Positions 38,721 to 49,171 of a DNA stretch of 64,000 nucleotides are shown piece after piece; within the stretch, counting starts at the first letter, position 1; every line of letters starts with the position of its first letter. Origin of the DNA: a virus; IMG/VR virus record IMGVR_UViG_3300031519_006853, positions 1 to 64,000 of that record; one strand, 5' to 3'. The notes under the pieces were generated by a model. It saw only the letters and a program-made list of their open reading frames with translations, was not told the DNA's origin and did not search any database. Position numbers and translations under genes: made by a program.

Positions 38721-41700
38721 ATGGCTGCCGTAACCTTAGCAAATTTAATGGACCCTCTAAAGAAAATAGAGGCTGCCGCTAGTGAAACCAATGAAAAGTT
38801 AGATATGTTAATTGCAGTATCTACTGGTGGTAACGATGGTGGTGGATCAATGGCCATTATAAATGAATTACAAACTCAAACTCTATTGCTTCAACAAATA
38901 GAAGCAAATACTAGAGGAATAGATGAAAAGTCAAGTAAAAGTTTAACTAATTTTCTTTTTACTCGTTCACACCGAAAGAAGTTATTGTCAGCAGTATCTC
39001 AAAAACCTGAAAAAGGTGGTGGTGCTGCCGCTGGTGGCGGTGGTGGTAAAATGGCAGATCTAAAAGCCTTAGGTATAGGATCTATTAAAACTGCAATGGG
39101 TATGTTACTCTGGGCAATTGTACCTAAAAAAGGTGTAGACAAGTTTGTTGACTTTATTGAAAGAACTTTTACAAAGCTAGCTGATACAGATACTAAAAAA
39201 GTCCAGGAAGGTATATCAGCTTTAGATATGATGGGTGGTGCAATATTTAAATTTGCTAAAGGTTTAGCATTAGCCACACCTCTATTACTTATTGGGGCAA
39301 TAGGTATACCAATTTTATATTTAACCACAATATTAGTAACTCCACTATTTCTTTTATTAGGAATGGCAGAGAAACAAATTAAAGGTGGTGCAGGAGCTAT
39401 GGCCGATATGGGTATGGGATTAGTTAAGTTTGCAGCAGGCTTAGCACTTTTTGCCTTAGTATCTTATTTTGTTATGCAAGGCGGTTTACCATTATTGATG
39501 ACTATGGCTGGATCCATACTTTTAATAGGTGGTGCTGTGGCTCTATTAGGTGTAGTTGATAAACAAGTTAGAAAAGGATCTGTTGCTTTAGCAATGATGG
39601 GAATTGGTTTAGCAATATTTGGTTTAGGATATGCAGCCTATGCTGGTTTAATTGCAATGACAGCACCAACACTTGAAGATATAGCCATACAAGCAGGAGT
39701 ATTAATAGGATTAGGAATAGCAGTAGCAATATTAGGTTTAGTATTTACTGAAGTAGTAAAAGGATCTATAGCTTTAGCCGTAATGGGAGTTGGGCTGCTT
39801 GTTTTTGGATTAGCATATACTCCATTTGCTAAAGCTACAAGCGGTGTTAAGTTTGCAGACATTGGTATGCAAGTAGCTGTAATATTAGGATTTGGTGTTG
39901 TATTCGCTTTACTTGGAGCATATGAAGCAGGTTTAATGACTGGAATTCCATTAACTATTACATTAGGATCGATTGCAATTGCTGTAATGGGACTTGGTCT
40001 TCTTGTCTTTGGTTTAGGATATACTCCATTTGCTAAAGCAACAGAAGGAGTTACCTTAAAAAGTGTTGCTGCTCAGGCTGGTGTATTATCTGCATTAGCT
40101 GTTGTATTTGGGGTTGCTGGTGTAGGATCAATATTTATTGGTGCAGGTGCAATTGCATTTGGTGCAGTAGGTTTAGCATTACAAGCATTAGGCCCAGGTT
40201 TACAGGCAATGAAGGATGTTGACTTTACTCAAAAAGATGCTCTTAACTTAACAACTACATTAGCTGGTGTAAAGACAGCGTTTTTAGGACCTCCTAAAGG
40301 TGGTGGTATTGGAGGATTCTTTAAAAGTATTGGTGGTGCTATAACAGGTACTATTGATGCAGGTGCAATGACAGCAGCAGCAATAGGGTTTGGTGCAGCC
40401 GGTTTAGCATTAACTAGGTTATCTATTGGTTTAAAGGATTATCAAAAATTAGATTGGACTGCAGATGATAGTTTACAGCTAACAACTGTATTGACAGGTG
40501 TAACAGGTGCATTCGCAGCAGCTGGTGGCGAAGCTGCAACCCCAACAGGTCTATTTGGAGCTGTATTTGGAAACGCATTCAGTCCTAACGCCACTAAGAA
40601 AGGTATTAATTCTGTGATGGGTGCAGGTAAAGCTTTAACTAGCATAGCCCAAGGTTTAACTGAATTTCAAAAACTAGTAGATTCTAAAGTTGACTTTACT
40701 GTATTAGGTGAAGCTATATCTACAACAGTTGGATTTGTGCAAAGAGCATTTGCAGCTGTTGCTGAAGAAGGTAATGTTGATGCAGGTGGTTTCTTTGGAT
40801 CCTTATTTGGAATTAAGAAGAATAAGGTTGCAGAAGGATTAGACGCAGTCCAAGGTGCAGGATCTGCATTAACTGGCATAGCTGAAGGTTTAACTGCATT
40901 TCAAACATTAGTTGAATCTAAAGTAGATTTTGACAAAGTTGGTGCTGCTATATCTAAATCAGTTGGTTTTGTACAAGAGGCTTTTGCAGCCGTTGCTGAT
41001 CAAGGTAATGTTAAAGCAGGTGGTTTTTGGGGAAGCCTATTAGGAATCAAAAAGAATAAAGTACAAGAAGGTATACAATCAGTACAAGGTGCAGGTACTG
41101 AATTAGAAAAAATTGCAAATGCGCTATCTACGTTTTCTGGTATAGATAATGTAGAAGACGTTGCTGGAAAAATTGGAATAACTTTAGGTTTAGTTGGAGC
41201 TGCTTTTGCTAAAATCGGTGGAGCTGAAAATGAAGAAACTAATTCGTTTATGTTTTTTAGCTGGGATGAAAATAAAATTCAAAAAGGTATTCAAGCTGTT
41301 GATGGTGCAGGTGATGCGCTAACAGACATAGCAGCAGGTCTTAAAGCATTCAGTGGTGATTTTCAACCAGAAGCTGTTGCCACATCTGTTGGTAAATTAT
41401 TAACTTCTATAGGAACTGCATTTAGTGATCTTTATGAAACTAATCCATTTATGTCTTCTCAATTAGAAGATTTTAGTTCCTTTATAGTTACTCTAGGTGA
41501 TGTTGCTGAAAAGGGCCAATTGGATAAAGCAGCTGATGGTATTTCTAAAATAGCAGATTCAATTAATAAAATAGATATTGACAAAGCAATAGGATTTGGT
41601 AATTTATTTAATAGTGCATCTGCGCTATCCGACGATAAGTCAGCATATCGTGCTTTAGCAAAAGCAGTAGAAGATATTAGAGATATGATGTCTGAGCCAG

Positions 41701-41900
41701 CTGCTGGTGGAGATAGTGTTATGGATAAAATATTTAAAAAATCTGCTACTGATAAAGGTGGTGCAAAATCAGGTACTACTGGTGGTAATGCAGCCTTAAG
41801 TAATGCAATTCGTAAATTGAGCGGTAAAATTGATGGTTTACCAATGGCTATAACTACTGGAATAGCATCTTCAAATATTGTAGTGAAACTTAAACAATAA
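38721..41900 (+). CDS. Tape measure protein
   Basis: 1059 aa, Ala/Gly-rich helical repeats with a hydrophobic segment, at the canonical position. Confidence 0.85.
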   Translation: MAAVTLANLMDPLKKIEAAASETNEKLDMLIAVSTGGNDGGGSMAIINELQTQTLLLQQIEANTRGIDEKSSKSLTNFLFTRSHRKKLLSAVSQKPEKGGGAAAGGGGGKMADLKALGIGSIKTAMGMLLWAIVPKKGVDKFVDFIERTFTKLADTDTKKVQEGISALDMMGGAIFKFAKGLALATPLLLIGAIGIPILYLTTILVTPLFLLLGMAEKQIKGGAGAMADMGMGLVKFAAGLALFALVSYFVMQGGLPLLMTMAGSILLIGGAVALLGVVDKQVRKGSVALAMMGIGLAIFGLGYAAYAGLIAMTAPTLEDIAIQAGVLIGLGIAVAILGLVFTEVVKGSIALAVMGVGLLVFGLAYTPFAKATSGVKFADIGMQVAVILGFGVVFALLGAYEAGLMTGIPLTITLGSIAIAVMGLGLLVFGLGYTPFAKATEGVTLKSVAAQAGVLSALAVVFGVAGVGSIFIGAGAIAFGAVGLALQALGPGLQAMKDVDFTQKDALNLTTTLAGVKTAFLGPPKGGGIGGFFKSIGGAITGTIDAGAMTAAAIGFGAAGLALTRLSIGLKDYQKLDWTADDSLQLTTVLTGVTGAFAAAGGEAATPTGLFGAVFGNAFSPNATKKGINSVMGAGKALTSIAQGLTEFQKLVDSKVDFTVLGEAISTTVGFVQRAFAAVAEEGNVDAGGFFGSLFGIKKNKVAEGLDAVQGAGSALTGIAEGLTAFQTLVESKVDFDKVGAAISKSVGFVQEAFAAVADQGNVKAGGFWGSLLGIKKNKVQEGIQSVQGAGTELEKIANALSTFSGIDNVEDVAGKIGITLGLVGAAFAKIGGAENEETNSFMFFSWDENKIQKGIQAVDGAGDALTDIAAGLKAFSGDFQPEAVATSVGKLLTSIGTAFSDLYETNPFMSSQLEDFSSFIVTLGDVAEKGQLDKAADGISKIADSINKIDIDKAIGFGNLFNSASALSDDKSAYRALAKAVEDIRDMMSEPAAGGDSVMDKIFKKSATDKGGAKSGTTGGNAALSNAIRKLSGKIDGLPMAITTGIASSNIVVKLKQ
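40620..41130 (+). repeat. 234-bp (78-aa) tandem coding repeat in the tape measure gene, two full units plus a partial third
   Basis: GAG motif units start at 40620, 40854 and 41088. Confidence 0.85.
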
Positions 41901-41973
41901 ATTATAATTTCTTAAACTAACCTTTACTTTAGCTATATAATATTTATAACAGTTAAAGTTAAAATAGAATAGT

Positions 41974-42777
41974 ATGAAGAAAAATATAGTTTGGTTTGAT
42001 TTAGAAACCACAGGAATCAGCACAACAGCTGACCGCATAATTGAGATCTGTATGATTAAAACAGATTTTGATGGTAATGAGATTGAAACTTACAATCAAT
42101 TAGTAAATCCAGGAAATGTAGAAATGAGAGCCGAGGCTGAAGAAAAGCACGGCATATCTTTAGAGATGCTAAAGGATAAACCAACCTTTGAAATGATAGC
42201 ATCTGAAATCAATGACTTTATTGGTGATAGTGACTTAGGAGGGTATAATGCCTTATTCTTTGATGTTCCTTTCTTATGTGAGGAATTCATGAGATGTGGT
42301 ATTGTATTTAACCATAGAGGTAGAGCTGTAATGGATCCATTCCTTATATACAGTAACTATGAAAAAAGAGATCTAACAAATACTTATAAAAAATTTACAG
42401 GTAAAGATTTAGAAGGTGCACATAGGGCTGAGGCTGATGTCAGAGCTACAATGGAAATATTTCAAAAACAAAGAGAAGTATATGATATGCCACAAACTGC
42501 CGAAGAAATTGATAAGGTAGTAAATACTCGTAGAGCTGATCAGGTTGATTTAGGAGGTAAGTTAAAATTTGATGAAATTAATGGAAAGAGAACAATCGTA
42601 TTTAATTTTGGAAAGAATAAAGGCAAACCGTTCAAAGAAGTTGTTGAAATGGATGGTAGGTATATTGATTGGATTATTGATAAAGGTGAATTCTCCACAG
42701 AGTTAAAAGTCATATGTAGAAAACTCGTAGCAAAGTTTAAAGCAGATGAAAATAAAAATATAGAAATGCCATACTAA
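41974..42777 (+). CDS. DEDDh 3'-5' exonuclease (DnaQ/ExoX-like)
   Basis: FDLETTG, YN..FFDVPFL, HRAEADV; C-terminal FGKNKG module. Confidence 0.92.
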   Translation: MKKNIVWFDLETTGISTTADRIIEICMIKTDFDGNEIETYNQLVNPGNVEMRAEAEEKHGISLEMLKDKPTFEMIASEINDFIGDSDLGGYNALFFDVPFLCEEFMRCGIVFNHRGRAVMDPFLIYSNYEKRDLTNTYKKFTGKDLEGAHRAEADVRATMEIFQKQREVYDMPQTAEEIDKVVNTRRADQVDLGGKLKFDEINGKRTIVFNFGKNKGKPFKEVVEMDGRYIDWIIDKGEFSTELKVICRKLVAKFKADENKNIEMPY

Positions 42778-42834
42778 TCTTTCAGAAAGAGAGAAAGTTT
42801 GTTATTATTATAATATACTAAACATAAAGATAAG

Positions 42835-43164
42835 ATGAATAGATTAGAAGATTCAAGTTTGGCCGAAAACCTTACTTTCCATAACCATGATTTTGTAGCT
42901 GCACAAGAAGATATAGAAAAAGTATGCGGTATAGTAATGTACACTGATCTAGACCCTGAAGAGATAACCCAAAATGAATGGGAAATGCAAACTGAAGATG
43001 GTACACCTTTTACTATATATGACTTTAAAGAATATCGTGATTATGATAAGAAAGAAAAAATAACATGGCACATAGGATCAGGTAATAGATTTGGATCGAA
43101 GAAAGGTTATGAAGAATTAAAAAGAGCATTCCACCTACATCCAAAAGTTATGTATAATATATAA
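42835..43164 (+). CDS. Hypothetical protein
   Basis: 109-aa ORF; EWEMQ...FTIYDFK...WHIGS. Confidence 0.65.
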   Translation: MNRLEDSSLAENLTFHNHDFVAAQEDIEKVCGIVMYTDLDPEEITQNEWEMQTEDGTPFTIYDFKEYRDYDKKEKITWHIGSGNRFGSKKGYEELKRAFHLHPKVMYNI

Positions 43165-43183
43165 TAAAGTTCATTGAATTATT

Positions 43184-43525
43184 GGGGGTGAACGGTTTTT
43201 GACAATCTGATTGAAATAAAAACTACAGCACCGGGTGATGACCTACATCAATCTTAGCCGACAACGCTGAGTTAGCAATGGCTGCCTAAGTAGGTAAGTA
43301 ATGCTCATCATGTTATTAGTATGCTTGTAAATAACTAAGATGTAAAAGGAAGCAGATTGTGGTTTAGTAATGTACCCTAAACATTACAACCAATAGAGCC
43401 TTTATGATTTTGTGGCCATGGGATATCAAAATTTGATTTTGGAAGTTTAAAGAAACTTATCCTAAGCTGTAAGAAATGTTTTTATGAATACTTATTGGAC
43501 GTGGGTTCGAATCCCACCACCTCCA
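43184..43525 (+). ncRNA. ssrA: tmRNA
   Basis: 5' GGGGGTG pairs with 3' CACCTCC-A (G3.U70), T-arm GTGGG-TTCGAAT-CCCAC, internal tag ORF 43260-43289 (A)DNAELAMAA*; CCA not encoded. Confidence 0.9.
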
Positions 43526-43530
43526 CAAAT

Positions 43531-43604
43531 GGGGAATTAGCTCAGCTGGCTAGAGCGCCTGCCTTGCACGCAGGAGGTCATCGGTTCGACTCCGATATTC
43601 TCCA
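43531..43604 (+). tRNA. tRNA-Ala(TGC)
   Basis: Full cloverleaf; anticodon TGC 43565-43567; G3.U70; CCA not encoded. Confidence 0.96.
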
Positions 43605-43635
43605 CAATAATAAAATAAAAATAGTTAAATAAGTA

Positions 43636-43782
43636 ATGACAACAAATCAAGAAACAAACAACGGGCAAACTCAGATTAATCAAACTAGGAACTCGTTTAA
43701 TGACAAAGTATCTAAGTATAGAATGCTAGGCTCTTCTAAAAAGGTACAATGGGATAACACAAGAAGAAACAGATCAATATGA
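43636..43782 (+). CDS. Small hypothetical protein (48 aa)
   Basis: Manual translation MTTNQETNNG...; ATGA overlap with the next ORF. Confidence 0.45.
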   Translation: MTTNQETNNGQTQINQTRNSFNDKVSKYRMLGSSKKVQWDNTRRNRSI

Positions 43783-43964
43783 CAAAGGATTATTCATACG
43801 TATTAAAAGTAATAAATAATAAAGATAATAACCGTTATCATTACCCTGCCCTTAAAAATTTAATATCTATTTGGAAAATTAAATGGAAGCATGAAAGCAA
43901 GGGAAGGTATTTTGATGTTTATTTACATTCTCTTAATACTACACTCAAAAGATCATTTCAGTAA
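43779..43964 (+). CDS. Hypothetical protein
   Basis: 61-aa ORF in operon. Confidence 0.5.
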   Translation: MTKDYSYVLKVINNKDNNRYHYPALKNLISIWKIKWKHESKGRYFDVYLHSLNTTLKRSFQ

Positions 43965-43989
43965 ACAAATAGATAAATTGACTATATAA
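43963..43989 (+). promoter_or_regulatory. Putative middle-class promoter AAAC-N16-TATATAA upstream of topoisomerase
   Basis: Matches the 13-copy motif. Confidence 0.6.
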
Positions 43990-43999
43990 AAATAAAAAT

Positions 44000-45874
44000 A
44001 TGGCAGTAAACATTGAAAAGAAATATCAGAAACTAACAGATACTGAACATGTATTGTTAAGGCCTGGTATGTATGTTGGATCTATTAAGCCACATACTGA
44101 AGAAGTATTTTTACCAATGAAAGGTAAAGATCAATTTCAACTTACTGAAGTAACCTATAATCCAGGCTTCTTAAAACTCTTTGATGAAATTGTTTCCAAT
44201 TCAGTAGATGAACATAAAAGAAATGTTAAACTAAATAAAGTTAAAGTAGATATTGATATGGCTACTGGGCAAATATCAATTTGGGATAATGGAGGAATAC
44301 CTGTAAAGATTCATAAAGAGTATGATGAGTGGGTACCTGAAATGATATTTTCAAATCTAAAGGCTGGTAGTAATTTTGATGATACTGAGGATAGAGTTGT
44401 TGTTGGAACTAACGGTGTAGGTAGTACATTAACAAATATATTTAGTAAAGAATTTATAATTGAAACTTGTGATGGTAAAAAACAATTTGTTCAGACTTTT
44501 AAAAATAATATGTCTGAGCGAACTAAGGCTAAAATTACAAATAAGAAAACTGCATTTACAAAAATAACATATCTTACTGATTTTAAAAGGTTTGGTTTAA
44601 CAGGTATTAATAAGAATCATTATTTAATGATTACCAAAAGACTTATTGATATTGCTGCATGTAACCCAACCCTTAAAATATTCTTAAATGGTAAACCTAT
44701 TGCCTTTAGAACTTTTAAAGATTATGCAAGCCGTTATGTAACTCCAATATTTTATGATCAATCAGAGCATTGGAAAATTGGAATAGGACATTCAACAACT
44801 GGCTTTAAAGCAATATCATTTGTTAATTCTGTTGAAACTAAAGATGGTGGTACACACGTTAATAATATAGACTGGCAAATTACATCTTATCTTAGAGATA
44901 AAATTAAAAGAAAATATAGAGTAGATGTAAAACCTTCTGAATTAAGACAGCATTTATATCTGTTTATTAATTGTACTGTTATCAATCCAGCATTCTCTTC
45001 TCAAACAAAAGAAAAATTAATTACTGCGCCTAAAGATTTTGGAACTAGTCATGTTTTAAGTGAAAAAGTATTAAGACAAGTTTTAAATTCTGAAATCATA
45101 CAATCAGTATTAGATTGGATTGAGAGAAAGAAAGATGCTGATGAAAGAGCAAAGCTTAGAAAATTAAATAAAGGTTTAGATAAAACTAAAGTTCTTAAAT
45201 TAATTGATGCAAAGAAAAGAGGTGATAGAGGAAAATGTACACTTGCTATATTTGAAGGAGATTCTGCATCCTCTGCATTTAGAAGATACCGAGAACCTCA
45301 ATACCAAGGAGCATTTCCATTAAGAGGTAAATTTATAAATGTTAGAGAACTAACAGCTTCTAAGGTTGTACAAAATAAAGAGGTACAATCAATGATGGCT
45401 GCTATGGGTTTAAAGATCGGTCATGAACCTAAAGATCTAAGATATGGTAAAATACTTTTATATACCGATGCGGATGTAGACGGTAATTCTATTGCAGCAT
45501 TACTAATTAATTTCTTAGGTAAATATTGGCCAGAATTATTCAGTGAAGGGAGAGTACTAAAAGTAGAAACACCTCTTATGGTTGCAAAGAAAGGTAAAGA
45601 ATCTTTAAACTTTTATTCAGATGATGATTACCAAGAATGGGAATCTAAACAGAAAAATTTAAATTCCTGGTCAATTGAATATAAGAAAGGTTTAGCTGCT
45701 CTAGAGGATGCAGAATATAAAGAGATCATTAGAAGCCCGAGAACCTTTACACTTACTAAAGACAATGGATTTAACAATACATTAGATATATGGTTTTCTA
45801 AAGATTCTACACCGCGTAAAGGAAAGATACTTGGAGAGACTGTAATAATTAAAAACAACAAATCATTATTTTAA
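44000..45874 (+). CDS. Type IIA topoisomerase ATPase/TOPRIM subunit (gp39+60, GyrB-like)
   Basis: LLRPGMYVG, EIVSNSVDE, GTNGVG, EGDSA, PLRGK, TDADVDG. Confidence 0.95.
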   Translation: MAVNIEKKYQKLTDTEHVLLRPGMYVGSIKPHTEEVFLPMKGKDQFQLTEVTYNPGFLKLFDEIVSNSVDEHKRNVKLNKVKVDIDMATGQISIWDNGGIPVKIHKEYDEWVPEMIFSNLKAGSNFDDTEDRVVVGTNGVGSTLTNIFSKEFIIETCDGKKQFVQTFKNNMSERTKAKITNKKTAFTKITYLTDFKRFGLTGINKNHYLMITKRLIDIAACNPTLKIFLNGKPIAFRTFKDYASRYVTPIFYDQSEHWKIGIGHSTTGFKAISFVNSVETKDGGTHVNNIDWQITSYLRDKIKRKYRVDVKPSELRQHLYLFINCTVINPAFSSQTKEKLITAPKDFGTSHVLSEKVLRQVLNSEIIQSVLDWIERKKDADERAKLRKLNKGLDKTKVLKLIDAKKRGDRGKCTLAIFEGDSASSAFRRYREPQYQGAFPLRGKFINVRELTASKVVQNKEVQSMMAAMGLKIGHEPKDLRYGKILLYTDADVDGNSIAALLINFLGKYWPELFSEGRVLKVETPLMVAKKGKESLNFYSDDDYQEWESKQKNLNSWSIEYKKGLAALEDAEYKEIIRSPRTFTLTKDNGFNNTLDIWFSKDSTPRKGKILGETVIIKNNKSLF

Positions 45875-47224
45875 ATGAAAAACACTAGAACTGTAACATC
45901 TTTTTTTGATAAAGAATATTTAGATTATGCAAGATATGTTGTAGAAAACAGAGCTATACCAAGTTGCATTGATGGACTTAAACCAACACAGAGAAAGGTT
46001 GTTTATATTGCAAATAAAATATGGAAAACTGGTAATGAAAAACCTATGAAGTTATTTCAACTTGCAGGTAGAGTTGCAGCTGAGGCTTTTTATCATCATG
46101 GTAATACTTCATTGGAATCTTCAATGGTTGGAATGGCTCAAAAATTTAAAAATTCATTACCATTACTAGAAGGCGTTGGTCAATTCGGTTCTTTAAGAAG
46201 TCCTGCTGCAGGTGCACCTCGTTATATCAGTGCAAAGTTGCATCCTAATTTTAGATTACTTTATCAAGACTTTGATTTATTAGAAAATAAAATAGAAGAA
46301 GGTGAAAAAATAGAACCTGCATTTTTCTTACCTATTGTACCAACCGTTATATTAAATGGTACATCAGGTATTGCCGTTGGTTTTGCTACAAATATTTTAA
46401 ATAGAAATCCTAAAGATGTGGTTGATGCATGTATATCTACTCTTAATAATAAAAAGATGAAAGTATTAGCTCCGTGGATACAAGAATTCAAAGGAACTTT
46501 TACTAGAGATTTAGAAAATCCAAAAACATGGAAGATCAAAGGTCAGTATCAAATTATTAATACAACCACAGTAAAGATAACTGCAATACCTCCAAATTAC
46601 ACATATGAAAGGTATGAAGAAATATTAAATCTTTTACAAGAAAAAGGTATAATAACTTCTTATGATGATAATTCGTCTGAAACTATTGAGTACATATTAA
46701 AATTCAGAAGGTCTGTATTAAATAGCTTAGTAAGCAGTGAAGGTAAATTGGAAAGGGCTTTAAGATTAAATACTCAGGAAACTGAAAACCTAACAACATT
46801 AGATGAAAATGGTAAATTAAAGATTTTTGATAAAGCTGAAGATATTGTAAAGCATTTTGTAGGTGTAAGGTTAATGTGGTATCAAACAAGAAAAGATTAT
46901 TTAATTGATAAAACAGAAAAGCAGTTAGCATTAGTAACAAATAAAGCAAGATTCATTAAAGATATTATTGACGGTAAGTTAAAAATTAATAATATACCTA
47001 AAGAAAAAATTGTAACTTATTTAAAAACTAATTCATATGATACTGTTCATGGTTCATATGATTATCTTTTATCAATGGCAATTCATTCTTTAACAAAAGA
47101 AAGATATGAAAAATTGTTATTAGAAAAAGAAGGGTGTATTATTGCACTCAAAACATTAAAAGCAACTGATCCTAAAGAAATGTATTTAGGAGATCTTAAA
47201 AAATTAAAGTTATCAATTAAGTAA
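45875..47224 (+). CDS. gp52: Type IIA topoisomerase breakage-reunion subunit (gp52, GyrA-like)
   Basis: DGLKPTQRK, YHHG, GAPRY catalytic Tyr, GIAVGF. Confidence 0.95.
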   Translation: MKNTRTVTSFFDKEYLDYARYVVENRAIPSCIDGLKPTQRKVVYIANKIWKTGNEKPMKLFQLAGRVAAEAFYHHGNTSLESSMVGMAQKFKNSLPLLEGVGQFGSLRSPAAGAPRYISAKLHPNFRLLYQDFDLLENKIEEGEKIEPAFFLPIVPTVILNGTSGIAVGFATNILNRNPKDVVDACISTLNNKKMKVLAPWIQEFKGTFTRDLENPKTWKIKGQYQIINTTTVKITAIPPNYTYERYEEILNLLQEKGIITSYDDNSSETIEYILKFRRSVLNSLVSSEGKLERALRLNTQETENLTTLDENGKLKIFDKAEDIVKHFVGVRLMWYQTRKDYLIDKTEKQLALVTNKARFIKDIIDGKLKINNIPKEKIVTYLKTNSYDTVHGSYDYLLSMAIHSLTKERYEKLLLEKEGCIIALKTLKATDPKEMYLGDLKKLKLSIK

Positions 47225-47265
47225 ACTTTTTTTAAAAATAACATATAATAATAAATCACAATACT

Positions 47266-47412
47266 ATGAAAAAATTTCAATTTTGTATTAAAGATGACTG
47301 CCGAACTGCATGTGAAGCTATAAGCGAGAATATGGCATGGCAATGGCTTGCAAAAACAAAATCGTTATCAGTAGAAGTAGTAAAGAAACTTTATTATATA
47401 AAAACTAAATAA
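47266..47412 (+). CDS. Small hypothetical protein (48 aa)
   Basis: Manual translation MKKFQFCIKDDC...; follows promoter motif 47223-47248. Confidence 0.5.
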   Translation: MKKFQFCIKDDCRTACEAISENMAWQWLAKTKSLSVEVVKKLYYIKTK

Positions 47413-47414
47413 TT

Positions 47415-47642
47415 ATGCTAAAAGAACAATCAACAACAGTAGAATCATCAATGATAAACAAATATGTTTATAACTTTGCAACTAAAACATTAAAGGTAGA
47501 ATTTAATAGCGGTGCATTATATGAATATAAAAATGTTGAATCAGAAATATATGATGAGTTGACAAAATCCGAATCTACCGGTAAATTCTTTAATGAGAAA
47601 ATTAAAAATAACTTTGAACATTCACAACTTTTAATAAACTAA
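47415..47642 (+). CDS. KTSC domain protein
   Basis: VESSMI..Y....LKVEF.SG..YEY..V...Y..L...S.GKFFN. Confidence 0.88.
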   Translation: MLKEQSTTVESSMINKYVYNFATKTLKVEFNSGALYEYKNVESEIYDELTKSESTGKFFNEKIKNNFEHSQLLIN

Positions 47643-47644
47643 AT

Positions 47645-47881
47645 ATGGCAAATACTAAAAATGTAATTTACGATGCGTTAAAATCGCAATTTGAAGCACA
47701 AAAACAAAAAGCTTTAGCAACATTAACAATTTATTTAACTAACCCAGTAGGCATTGGAGAACACCCTCAACATATTGATGAAATGATGGAAATGTCTAGA
47801 ACATTAGCAGAGGCAGAAGATGTTATTTCAACATTAGAAAGAACATTTGAATCTACCGAAGAATCTGCTCCGAATGAATAA
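47645..47881 (+). CDS. Conserved phage hypothetical protein
   Basis: YLTNPVGIGEHP motif. Confidence 0.65.
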   Translation: MANTKNVIYDALKSQFEAQKQKALATLTIYLTNPVGIGEHPQHIDEMMEMSRTLAEAEDVISTLERTFESTEESAPNE

Positions 47882-48353
47882 AGTTATATTAATAGGAAAG
47901 GCTGCTGCTGGAAAAGATCATATGAGAAAGGTTTTAGAAGGTAGAGGTTTTACATACGGTACTTCTTATACAACCAGGCCTCCTAGGAAAGGTGAAATAG
48001 ATGGCCAAGATTATTATTTTATTTCTGAAAAAGATTTTAAAAAATTTGCAGACAATAATTATTGGTATGAGTATGTAGAATTTAATGGATGGTTTTATGG
48101 AACTAGTTATGATCAATTTATGAATACTTGTAATTTGTTTGTAATGACACCTAAGGGTGTAGAAGCAGTAAATCCTATTCATAGAAAAGATTGTACAATC
48201 ATTTATTTAGATATACCTTTAGAAGTTAGAACAAATCGTTTAAAAGAAAGAGGTGATCTTAATGATAAAATCCAAAGAAGAATAGACGCAGATGAAGTTG
48301 ACTTTAAAGATTTTAAAGATTATGATATTTTAATAAACAATTCTAACTTTTAA
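47874..48353 (+). CDS. gmk: Guanylate kinase-like nucleotide kinase
   Basis: GKAAAGKD, TTRPPRKGEIDGQDYYF, FNGWFYGT; ATG at 47874 preferred. Confidence 0.9.
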   Translation: MNKVILIGKAAAGKDHMRKVLEGRGFTYGTSYTTRPPRKGEIDGQDYYFISEKDFKKFADNNYWYEYVEFNGWFYGTSYDQFMNTCNLFVMTPKGVEAVNPIHRKDCTIIYLDIPLEVRTNRLKERGDLNDKIQRRIDADEVDFKDFKDYDILINNSNF

Positions 48354-48371
48354 TCATATAAAAATAAAACA

Positions 48372-48983
48372 ATGAGTAAATTTATTATTATAGAAGGTAC
48401 CGATAATGTAGGTAAAGATACACAACAAGATTTAATTATTAAAAATATGAGTGAACATGTTTTTCATAAGTTACATTATTCATCATTACCGTTTAAAGAT
48501 GATAAAGAAAAGCATGCAACATATTCTAAAGAACTTTATGAAAGCATGTTTTTATTAATGATGAAATCCAAACTTGCTCATAAAAAAGGTGATGCAAATA
48601 TTAATCTTATATTTAATAGATCTCATTTAGGTGAAACTGTTTATTCTCCATTATATAGAGGTTACTCTGGTGATTATGTTTTTGATATTGAAAAGAAATT
48701 TACTAAAGCCTTAAGAGAAGATTTATATTTAATTACATTAACCAATGATCCACATACAATATTAAAAAGAGATGATGGTAAATCATTTTATGGTAATGAA
48801 GAAGAAGTTAAAGCTGAGGTTGATGGATTTAGGCGTGCTCATAGGTTAAGTACCATTAAAAATAAATTACATGTAGATGTAGGTACAATGAGTGCAATTG
48901 AAGTTTCTAATATTATTACAGATTTCTTAAATCATGAAAATACAGTAACAGGTGATAACAAACAATTAAACTTATTTGTGTAA
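48372..48983 (+). CDS. dNMP/thymidylate kinase-like (candidate modified-dCMP kinase)
   Basis: IIIEGTDNVGKDT P-loop, FNRSHLGETVY. Confidence 0.85.
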   Translation: MSKFIIIEGTDNVGKDTQQDLIIKNMSEHVFHKLHYSSLPFKDDKEKHATYSKELYESMFLLMMKSKLAHKKGDANINLIFNRSHLGETVYSPLYRGYSGDYVFDIEKKFTKALREDLYLITLTNDPHTILKRDDGKSFYGNEEEVKAEVDGFRRAHRLSTIKNKLHVDVGTMSAIEVSNIITDFLNHENTVTGDNKQLNLFV

Positions 48984-49171
48984 TGTCAACAGCTGAAGAT
49001 ATACTTTACCAAGCCCATTATGAAGGGATTAAAGATTTAGTTTTTAAAGAATCTAAAAGATTAAGAACAGAAGATCCAAAGAAATGGAAATATGCAGAAT
49101 ACGTAGTTGTATTAGAAGAAGCTTATAGGATAGTCAAAGAACGAAACAAAAAAAATAATGAGAACATATAG
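48983..49171 (+). CDS. Hypothetical protein
   Basis: 62-aa coupled ORF. Confidence 0.55.
   Translation: MSTAEDILYQAHYEGIKDLVFKESKRLRTEDPKKWKYAEYVVVLEEAYRIVKERNKKNNENI

Noticed and set aside
31201-47224. Inteins or group I introns in terminase, sheath or topoisomerase
   Set aside because: Lengths are ordinary, with no Cys/Ser...His-Asn splice motifs or interrupted frames noticed
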